DNA of 35,993 nt from a bacterium (GTDB lineage: Bacteria; Patescibacteriota; Minisyncoccia; Phycocordibacterales; UBA9973). The position numbers were made by a program, and so were the translations under genes. How positions within the stretch are numbered: the stretch's first letter is position 1; every line of letters starts with the position of its first letter. The stretch covers positions 1 through 35,993 of the forward strand of contig JBAWZD010000005.1 of assembly GCA_037143195.1 (NCBI GenBank), read 5' to 3'. The notes under the pieces were generated by a model, which saw only the letters and a program-made list of their open reading frames with translations, was not told the origin of the DNA and did no database searches. This document shows, piece by piece, positions 1 to 7,313 of the stretch.

Positions 1-55
1 TTGGTGTTGGTGTTGGTGTTGGTGTTGGTGTTGGTGTTGGTGTTGGTGTTGGTGT
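1..55 (-). repeat. (ACACCA)n hexamer tandem repeat encoding a Thr-Pro linker
   Basis: About 9 perfect copies of ttggtg on the + strand, in frame as TPTPTP in the fibre gene; continues past the window edge. Confidence 0.95.
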
Positions 56-2977
56 CATAGACGTACCTCCTGCTTGCATAAGCAAATTCTTGAATTGCTC
101 TTTCGTTACACACACATCGTCAGCACAGACCTGATCTCCGACATGCAGCGTACCTATCGTCGCCTCTTTTATTGACACAACTGCGTCTTTCAAAAATGTC
201 GTCACAAGCGAAGCAATCGAGCCGTCTTTGGTAACATCAACCGACGACAACGTCTGCAATTTGATATCGAGTTCTTGAATTGCTTTGATTGCAGGAACAA
301 TGAATCCTTCGTAGCGAACTCCGATATACACACCATCACCAACAGGAGCTACATACTGAGGGAAGATCTGTTGTACTTCTTGAGCGATAAATCCAATATT
401 TGAATCTTGTGGCATCGTTGGATCAATCCAGTTATACGTAACAGGGCGCAATTTTTCGATTTGAGGCAAGATATCATCAAGGTCTTTTACATTTTTTTTC
501 AAACGAGCGTCAGATGTACAGAATGACCCAGGCGTTCCGTCCAAAGTACAGGTACCACCGATTCCATGAATGACAACCGATTGGTTTATCGTATTTGCTT
601 GGACATATCCGAGCGCACCTCCGAGACGATACGACTGACCTGCATAATTGAGCGAGAGTCCAGTTTGAGGAGTAGTAGTTACAGATTGGTCCCAATGATC
701 ACCGACTGTTGTTCCATACGTCGAGCTGAGTGTCGCACCCATACCGTAGGCAAACGTCATGGTAGACAGCGCGAGAACGTGGTGGTAATTGTTTGTTCCT
801 GCTCCATCGACGAACGAAACGGTGTCACTGAGCGCCGAAGCCCCTGCGACTGTTGCGTTCGCACCTGATGTAGAAATGAAATTACTGACCACAAACGTAC
901 CTCCCGTAATACCATCGATGACGAGCGTTGATCCGTTCACACTTTGAATCGTACCCGAGACACCTGCTCCGTTTGAAAGAGTAGCTCCTACCAAAAATGT
1001 TCCTGACAATCCTGAATATCGAATACTCTGCGCGTTCGTGCCATCAATCGTAAGAGTAAATGTCGTCGATGTCGTTCCCGAATATACACCGGTAATCGTC
1101 CCCGTAGTCGTACAGGTGCCCGTACAAATGGTACCCCCATGCACACTACTATATCCTGACGATTGCACTGTCTTGTTGCGATCATTCACAGACAAAAGCG
1201 TCCCCCCTTCAGCACTATTCGTATCTCCGATTTGATAGGTACGATTGCCATGATCGATTTTCAAATATGAATTCGTCGAACTTCCGAACGCGACGTTGAA
1301 CAAACCGAGTGTGTCGTCGTAGGTGAAATTGTTACTCCCAGTCGCCGTGTTTTCTGAAGCGCCAAAGGCAACCTGTGTTGCGCTCAACGTTCCCGCGATT
1401 GCTGAGACCCATGAGGTATCCAATCCGTCAGTCCTCAAGAATTTTCCTGAGCTTGTCATTTGTGTCGGGAGCAAATTGTTGAGTGCTGTGTTCGCGACCG
1501 CTACGTCAGAAAGATTGTTTGCGGGATTGAGCGGTGTGTACCCAAGAAGTGTTGTTAGGTTACCAGATGTTGCACCACTCGCAGTTGTGATACGTCCTTT
1601 TGCATCGTAGCCGAGGTTACAGAGCGTGCAACTTGAGCCAGATACTCCGGTTGTTGCAAGCGTAAGATTACCCGTACTACTATTGAGAGTCGCATCGCCA
1701 CCGAGCGTTTTGAAAATTGGCGCACCACTACTAATACCCATCAAAAGCTGATTGTCCGAGCCTGCGGTGATCGAAGTGAGTGCGGAAGTTCCATTGCCGA
1801 GCAAGAGACCGTTCGTCGTGAATGATGTCGCACCTGTTCCACCGTGTCCGACAGAGAGTTGTGTTCCCGACCAGTTTGAATCATTCACCGAACTTAGTTT
1901 GCCATTGAATGTCGTCCAGCTGTCCTTCGACAAAAATCCATTCACCGAGGCACTCGCAGTTTGTCCATTCGCGTAGTCAATCGAAATGACTCCCGATGAT
2001 GAATCGAAATCTGATGCGGCGAATGTTGCCGCACCTTTGGTCGTGCCGTTCGCAACAGCATCGGCAATAGAAAGTGATCCTCCCGACAAACTCAATCCTG
2101 ATCCAGACCCGAGCGTAATCGCAGTCGGACTTGCGGATGAACCTGTGGGATTGCCGAGCAAAGTCGATGCGGGCATGGTTTGCATTTTTGTATACGTAAT
2201 TGCATGACTTCCAATGGTAATTGTTCCGTCGTTTGCTATCGCCGCATCACCTCCAAGCGTTGCGAAGCGTGGGTCAGCTGACGTCACGCCGAGGAGGAGC
2301 TGTCCATCGATTCCAACATTCGTTGCATGCAACTTTCCATTGAAAGTATCCCAATTAGTCCCATTGAGCAATCCACGAACGCCAGATGCAGCATCCGGCA
2401 TCGTGAGTACACCCGTATTTGAAAGTCCAAATGTGCCTGCAGTACCCGAGAGCGTCAAATTCTGTGCAGTCGCAATGTTCGATCCATTTCCCACAAAGAT
2501 TTTTCCAGACGCAAGTGTCGGCGAAAGTTTGGCATGAAAATCATCCCAGTCTCCGCTTGAAAGTAACCCACGATTTGTAGTTGATGCGGTTGGAATATTA
2601 AAAACATGTCCACCCGCGAGGTCGTCGTGAATATTGAAATCGGTCCCCGACATACCTGTCGTCAGTGTTTGAGCACTCGATGGATCAGCGTTGATTGTGG
2701 CGATACCACTTCCCGGAATCGATGCAGACCATGAAAGATTCGTACCGTCAGTCATCAAGAAATATCCCGTGTGTCCTGTTTGATCAGGAACGATGTCGAC
2801 ATAACACCCAGCATCCCCTGGCGAGCACGTTGGATCGTTGGTATCTCCTGGATGGTAGAGACCTGCGGCGAGTGCGTACGAACCAAGCGAAAAGACAAGC
2901 AAAAAAGCGAGTGTGAAAACCAGTGGACGGTTTCCATAATTGATGCGTGGAAAAATATTCTTGAAAGTAAATCGCAT
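1..2977 (-). CDS. Large secreted fibre/adhesin (tail-fibre-like) protein with a peptidase S74 intramolecular chaperone domain; 3' end lies outside the window (>=992 aa)
   Basis: Both ends translated by hand in one frame (ATG at 2977; Met codon at 56-58). N-terminus MRFTFKNIFPRINYGNRPLVFTLAFLLVFSLGSYALA has a signal-like hydrophobic stretch. Body is G/S/T-rich. Near the left edge is SDARLKKNVKDL...LRPVTYNW...IGFIAQEVQQIFP...VRYEGFIVPAIKAIQEL (S74 signature), then VCADDVCVTKEQF and a TP repeat. Absent from the ORF track, consistent with no stop inside the window. Confidence 0.88.
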   Translation of the reverse strand, partial: MRFTFKNIFPRINYGNRPLVFTLAFLLVFSLGSYALAAGLYHPGDTNDPTCSPGDAGCYVDIVPDQTGHTGYFLMTDGTNLSWSASIPGSGIATINADPSSAQTLTTGMSGTDFNIHDDLAGGHVFNIPTASTTNRGLLSSGDWDDFHAKLSPTLASGKIFVGNGSNIATAQNLTLSGTAGTFGLSNTGVLTMPDAASGVRGLLNGTNWDTFNGKLHATNVGIDGQLLLGVTSADPRFATLGGDAAIANDGTITIGSHAITYTKMQTMPASTLLGNPTGSSASPTAITLGSGSGLSLSGGSLSIADAVANGTTKGAATFAASDFDSSSGVISIDYANGQTASASVNGFLSKDSWTTFNGKLSSVNDSNWSGTQLSVGHGGTGATSFTTNGLLLGNGTSALTSITAGSDNQLLMGISSGAPIFKTLGGDATLNSSTGNLTLATTGVSGSSCTLCNLGYDAKGRITTASGATSGNLTTLLGYTPLNPANNLSDVAVANTALNNLLPTQMTSSGKFLRTDGLDTSWVSAIAGTLSATQVAFGASENTATGSNNFTYDDTLGLFNVAFGSSTNSYLKIDHGNRTYQIGDTNSAEGGTLLSVNDRNKTVQSSGYSSVHGGTICTGTCTTTGTITGVYSGTTSTTFTLTIDGTNAQSIRYSGLSGTFLVGATLSNGAGVSGTIQSVNGSTLVIDGITGGTFVVSNFISTSGANATVAGASALSDTVSFVDGAGTNNYHHVLALSTMTFAYGMGATLSSTYGTTVGDHWDQSVTTTPQTGLSLNYAGQSYRLGGALGYVQANTINQSVVIHGIGGTCTLDGTPGSFCTSDARLKKNVKDLDDILPQIEKLRPVTYNWIDPTMPQDSNIGFIAQEVQQIFPQYVAPVGDGVYIGVRYEGFIVPAIKAIQELDIKLQTLSSVDVTKDGSIASLVTTFLKDAVVSIKEATIGTLHVGDQVCADDVCVTKEQFKNLLMQAGGTSMTPTPTPTPTPTPTPTPTP

Positions 2978-3082
2978 AAGAAAATTGTACGGAGATATAC
3001 CTCGCCCACTGTACAGCGTACTCTTAAATTATAAACGAAAAAACCTTTGTTTCCTAAAACAAATGTGGATTAAAAGTGCGTG

Positions 3083-4897
3083 TTAGCGAGCTTCCCAGCC
3101 TTTGTCTTTGATTGCGCTACTGATTGCGTTCATGATGGGTGAAATTTCGTCGTCTGTAAGCGTTTTCGCATGTGATTGGAACACCAAACGAACTGCAAAT
3201 GATGTCTTGTCCCCTTTTGTGAATTGGTCAAAAAGGCGTGGCTCGAGCGCGAGTAATTCAGTGCCCTGTTTTTTGCAGAGTGTCGTAAGTTCGGTGCTTT
3301 CGGTACCGAGCGGGACCCATACGGCGACGTCTCGTGTGATGAATGGATACTGACTCCATGGGGTGAATTTTTTGGCACCATTTTTTTGTGATTCAGAAAC
3401 GTGTGTGGACGGAGCGAGCGGTAGCTCGCGGGTGAATGCTTCGAGGGTTGATTCAACAACGCCTTTTTTGTCCGCGTACGCGATATGCATTTCTTCACCG
3501 TCGAGCGAAGGAAAGACACTCCCGATCTCGAAGATTTTGGTGTCATCGTGTCCAAGGAGTGGTGCATTCAAACGATTGAGTTCATACGCAGTTTTGAGAC
3601 CATCACTGAGATTGGTGCGGAGAAATTCTTTTCCTTTGGCGCCGCGCGCGACTTCCACTCCGCCCTTTTTGGTGAAGGCGTATGTCATTACCTCACTGTA
3701 CCCATCGGCGAGCATTCGGTCGCGCGCGGCGCACATCTGTACATACTGCGCATTTTCTTTTGGAGCATGCGCAACAGTCGGAATGACCGGCGCAATATTC
3801 TCATATCCATAAATACGTCCAATTTCTTCCACCATATCGTGCGGACCAATCAAATCAAGACGAAGTGCTGGCACAACGAGCGTAATCCCCTCGCCTTTTT
3901 CTCCGGCCCATGGTTCGCGGGTAAACTGATATCCATAACGATGCAAAATTGCTTCCACTTCTCCAATCGAAAGATTTGATCCGAGTTTTTTGTTTACATC
4001 GAGAAGCGAAAACGTCAGCGTTCGAGGTTCTTGTGGTTTTGGGTACACATCAACAACATCTTCGAACTTTGCATCCGGACACATTTCAAGAATAGTCGCC
4101 GAGAGTTCACGCATTGCATACGCACAGTGCTCAGGAGACAAATCATTTTCAAAACGTTTCGCCGCATCAGTCAGAATATTCAATCGTCGCGCAGTCTTGC
4201 GAACACTGACCGGATCAAAGTTCGCCACTTCAAGTACGATATCAGTCGTATGTTCATCATCTACTTCAGCATTCGTGCCACCTTTCACCCCCGCAAGCGC
4301 AAGCACTTCACTTTCGTCCGCGATCACCATATCTGTCGGTTTGAGCGTGACATGTTTGTCATCGAGCGTCGTCATTGTCTCGTCCTCATTTGCTTGTCGC
4401 ACAACAATTTTTTCAGAAAAAAGTTTCTTCGCATCAAATGCATGTGTTGGTTGCCCGCAATCAAAGAGCACAATGTTCGTCGCGTCGACGACATTGTTGA
4501 TACTACGCTGCCCGATCGAAGCGAGATGCTTCACCACCCATTCCGGTGACGGACCGATCTTCACACCGCGCACGATTCGCGCCATATAGCGCCGACAATT
4601 GGGCGTTTGAATATCGACAGCGAGTTTGGTTGGTGTTGATGCAGGGATTTTGTAGAGCGAAGTTGGATCTTGAAATTTAATTCCAAGCTGTCCTGAGAGC
4701 TCACGCGCGACGCCCTGATGCGAAAGCAAATCATGCGCACGGTTCGGCAAAATATTGAGATCAAAAATCGTATCACCATCGAGCATCGTCTCGACTGATT
4801 CCACTTCACACAAATGGTACGTAAAAACATCGGCGAGTTTGTTCGCCACTACCACTTCGGGCACATACCATTTGAGCCAGTTATAAGAGATTTTCAT
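3083..4897 (-). CDS. pheT: Phenylalanine--tRNA ligase beta subunit (short form lacking the B2/OB-fold domain)
   Basis: MKISYNWL start, LPNRAHDLLSHQGVARE, B3/4 INNVVDATN, B5 RLDL..DMVEEIGRIYGY, C-terminal FDX-ACB (SQYPFITRDVA); 604 aa. Confidence 0.97.
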   Translation of the reverse strand: MKISYNWLKWYVPEVVVANKLADVFTYHLCEVESVETMLDGDTIFDLNILPNRAHDLLSHQGVARELSGQLGIKFQDPTSLYKIPASTPTKLAVDIQTPNCRRYMARIVRGVKIGPSPEWVVKHLASIGQRSINNVVDATNIVLFDCGQPTHAFDAKKLFSEKIVVRQANEDETMTTLDDKHVTLKPTDMVIADESEVLALAGVKGGTNAEVDDEHTTDIVLEVANFDPVSVRKTARRLNILTDAAKRFENDLSPEHCAYAMRELSATILEMCPDAKFEDVVDVYPKPQEPRTLTFSLLDVNKKLGSNLSIGEVEAILHRYGYQFTREPWAGEKGEGITLVVPALRLDLIGPHDMVEEIGRIYGYENIAPVIPTVAHAPKENAQYVQMCAARDRMLADGYSEVMTYAFTKKGGVEVARGAKGKEFLRTNLSDGLKTAYELNRLNAPLLGHDDTKIFEIGSVFPSLDGEEMHIAYADKKGVVESTLEAFTRELPLAPSTHVSESQKNGAKKFTPWSQYPFITRDVAVWVPLGTESTELTTLCKKQGTELLALEPRLFDQFTKGDKTSFAVRLVFQSHAKTLTDDEISPIMNAISSAIKDKGWEAR

Positions 4898-4906
4898 ACA
4901 TACAAA

Positions 4907-5653
4907 TTAAAATTGGTTGAGTCGCAAGTCACCTTGATACAAGTAACGAATATCCGTAATCCCCCACTTCACAATTGGAATACGGTCGAGACCGACTCCG
5001 AATGCAAAACCTTGAATTTTTTCTGGATCATATCCTGCGTTTTTCAAAACAGTTGGATGAATCATTCCCCCTCCGCCCATCTCAAGCCATCGGCCATTAA
5101 ACTTTGCGTGAATTTCAATACCTGGCTCAACGAATGGAAAGAAGCTCGGGCGAATCTCCACTTCAGAATCTTCACCGAGAACTTTTTTGTAAAACGCCAT
5201 CAACACACCCTTCAAATGCGCGAGTGTCACGTTCTCACCAATCATCGAGCCGTCCATCTGAAAGAATTGTGCTTCGTGTGTCGCATCTGTCGCCTCGTTT
5301 CGATATACTTTTCCGACAGAAATAAATGCGGCAGAAGTGCGACCTTCTTTTTGTGCTTTTTCAAGTGAGCGAATCGTCGTCGCCGTTACTTGTGTGCGCA
5401 TAACAGGACGAGTACTTCTCTCCGCGCTCTGTGCTTTCTGAATTTCATCAGGCGACATCTTGATCCAAAATGTGTCCTGCATATCTCGCGAAGGGTGATC
5501 TTTTGGCATGTTGAGCGCGTCAAAACAGTACCATTCATTTTCAAGTTCAGGACCGGCGACAATCTCAAAACCCATCCCTGCAAAGATTTCGTAGGCTTGA
5601 TTTCGAATGATTGAAATTGGGTGCTCTGTGCCTCCCTTGTTTGGCGTTTCCAT
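4907..5653 (-). CDS. pheS: Phenylalanine--tRNA ligase alpha subunit (catalytic core only)
   Basis: HPSRDMQDTF, motif 2 GKVYRNE..DATHEAQFFQ, FPFVEPG, motif 3 GFAFGVGLDR; N-terminal coiled coil absent; 248 aa. Confidence 0.97.
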   Translation of the reverse strand: METPNKGGTEHPISIIRNQAYEIFAGMGFEIVAGPELENEWYCFDALNMPKDHPSRDMQDTFWIKMSPDEIQKAQSAERSTRPVMRTQVTATTIRSLEKAQKEGRTSAAFISVGKVYRNEATDATHEAQFFQMDGSMIGENVTLAHLKGVLMAFYKKVLGEDSEVEIRPSFFPFVEPGIEIHAKFNGRWLEMGGGGMIHPTVLKNAGYDPEKIQGFAFGVGLDRIPIVKWGITDIRYLYQGDLRLNQF

Positions 5654-5659
5654 ATCCCC

Positions 5660-5669
5660 ATACTACAAT
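5660..5669. promoter_or_regulatory. Overlapping divergent -10 boxes (TAGTAT on minus for pheS; TACAAT on plus for the small ORF)
   Basis: Minus TAGTAT at 5660-5665 is 6 nt before the pheS ATG (5653). Plus TACAAT at 5664-5669 is 7 nt before ATG 5677. Confidence 0.55.
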
Positions 5670-5676
5670 GAAGCAT

Positions 5677-5793
5677 ATGAAAAAGCTACGGGCGCTCATC
5701 TTCGTCCTTTTCCTCATTTTCCTTGCCCTCGCCTTCACTTTGGGCTGGCTCGACAACGGCCCTTCACTCGGTTTTTGGCCGTTTTTGCGCTAA
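5677..5793 (+). CDS. Small single-pass membrane protein (38 aa; alternative start 5668)
   Basis: MKKLRALIFVLFLIFLALAFTLGWLDNGPSLGFWPFLR: basic N-terminus plus hydrophobic helix; fills the gap between pheS and the VOC gene. Confidence 0.55.
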   Translation: MKKLRALIFVLFLIFLALAFTLGWLDNGPSLGFWPFLR

Positions 5794-5805
5794 CTTGTTT
5801 CAGAT

Positions 5806-6225
5806 CTATCGCACCCCTAAATCTTGATAAAATCGCAAAAGATATCCGTCTGGATCTTGAACAAGAAACTGACGGTTGCCTGTTTCTTGGTCACCCATGC
5901 GATACCATTTCTCCTCCGTTTCAAAAAAGATTGGACACTTCGCGTCGAGGAATTTTTGATGAAGTGCATCGACTGCATCGACTTCGATTTGAAAGTGCAT
6001 TCCTCGGCCAAATGGTTGTTCCAGTTCCCCTACTTTCCACGTTCGACTACCATCAGTCAACTCTTCAATCATAAGTCGTGAACCATTCAAACCAAGCATG
6101 GCAAAATTATTTTCTGGTCTATCATACAAAACGACAAAACCCGCGAGCTTGGTATAAAAATCAAGACTTGCTTTAAAATTCGTAACTTTCAATTCTGGAG
6201 TGATACTCGGATTTTTCGTATTCAT
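5806..6225 (-). CDS. VOC family (glyoxalase/bleomycin-resistance-like) protein
   Basis: ITPELKVTNFKASLDFY..LAGF, PFGRGMHFQIEV, RQFLVQDPDGYLLRF. Confidence 0.9.
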   Translation of the reverse strand: MNTKNPSITPELKVTNFKASLDFYTKLAGFVVLYDRPENNFAMLGLNGSRLMIEELTDGSRTWKVGELEQPFGRGMHFQIEVDAVDALHQKFLDAKCPIFFETEEKWYRMGDQETGNRQFLVQDPDGYLLRFYQDLGVR

Positions 6226-7307
6226 ATATTTTTGGGAAGTATGAATTGTTTGTTCGTCTCAATGTACACAAACTGTACGCCAAGATTCCCTGCAAACTGT
6301 CGGTCGGTATCACGATCGCCAAACATATACGAATGTTCGAAATCAATCATACCTTTCCGCTCGTCGAGAAATTGCGTGAGTCCACCAATCTTCGGCTTTC
6401 GACAGTCACATTCATCATCAGGTCCATGCGGACATACCATTACAAATTCAAAATATATTCCCTGCGCACCAAGTTCTCCTTGAATTCGATTCATAACAGC
6501 ATCAAAAATATCTCTCGGGTGTTTGGGTGTTCCGAGAAATGTTTGATTCGTCACCATCACAAGTTTGTACCCTTTTTCAACAAGTAATTTCAAATTCGAA
6601 ATTGCTCCATCCATAAACTGCATCTCGTCTACACTTGCGAGTGGAAATGTATCACGGGAATCAACTCCCATCGGTTTTTCAGGTTCGCAAACAAAAGTTC
6701 CGTCACGATCAATGAATGCATATTTTTGTATTTTAGATATTTGTCTTCGGCGAATATAAATAAACACAACGAAAAAGAAGTTTGCAAAAACGAGTGTTAA
6801 TGGAAATAATACTGTCAAAATATTAAAACGATTCAATGCAAGCACTGCCATCGCATGACGTACCACATATATCCAATACGTGAATACTGTTTCCGAATAT
6901 GGAGCATTCCATGATTTACGTACCGTAGGAATGAAACCAAAAATCTCGACAAGTACCGCGAGTAATATTGCTGCAACGGGTTGTGCAACAACCAGCCAAA
7001 GCACGAGCGAAAGAAGTGCGAGAATGAGAAAAAATATATCTGAGCGAGTAATATCTTTCGTTCCATATCTCAAACAAAGGAAAAAAATAAAAAGTTGGAA
7101 CAGAACACCCGCGCAGGTAACGGCCGCGCCAAACCCTGCTCCACCTTTCACTTGAATAAAAAACGATACCGCAGTAGAGAGTGTCCAGATCAAAAATGTG
7201 AAAGCATGCGGTGTCGTTTTGCGATTTAAAATATCTCGAATATATGGAATATATCCGACAAAAACTAGAACAAGTGCAATAAGCGTGAACAATATTTTTA
7301 AATTCAT
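6222..7307 (-). CDS. Fusion of a multi-pass (PQ-loop-like) membrane domain and a HAD-IIIA phosphatase (HisB-N/GmhB-like)
   Basis: About 190 aa with ~6-7 hydrophobic helices (PYIRDIL..KTTPHAFTFLIW; PTVRKSW..PYSE), then FIDRDGT, VTNQ, CPH..DDECDCRKP and MFGDRDTD HAD motifs. Confidence 0.85.
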   Translation of the reverse strand: MNLKILFTLIALVLVFVGYIPYIRDILNRKTTPHAFTFLIWTLSTAVSFFIQVKGGAGFGAAVTCAGVLFQLFIFFLCLRYGTKDITRSDIFFLILALLSLVLWLVVAQPVAAILLAVLVEIFGFIPTVRKSWNAPYSETVFTYWIYVVRHAMAVLALNRFNILTVLFPLTLVFANFFFVVFIYIRRRQISKIQKYAFIDRDGTFVCEPEKPMGVDSRDTFPLASVDEMQFMDGAISNLKLLVEKGYKLVMVTNQTFLGTPKHPRDIFDAVMNRIQGELGAQGIYFEFVMVCPHGPDDECDCRKPKIGGLTQFLDERKGMIDFEHSYMFGDRDTDRQFAGNLGVQFVYIETNKQFILPKNI

Positions 7308-7313
7308 AGTATT

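Noticed and set aside
1-55. Terminal repeat as CRISPR or telomere-like sequence
   Set aside because: No spacers; it reads in frame as a Thr-Pro linker.
1-2977. Prophage tail gene
   Set aside because: It has a signal-peptide-like N-terminus and a host-type promoter, is flanked by pheT, and no other phage genes are visible.
510-3034. Short track ORFs in 510-3034 as separate genes
   Set aside because: They are antisense or off-frame shadows of the long minus-strand fibre ORF starting at 2977.
6222-6225. Alternative genetic code (UGA recoded, as in Gracilibacteria)
   Set aside because: TGA acts as a stop in an ATGA overlap, and conserved genes are full length under code 11.
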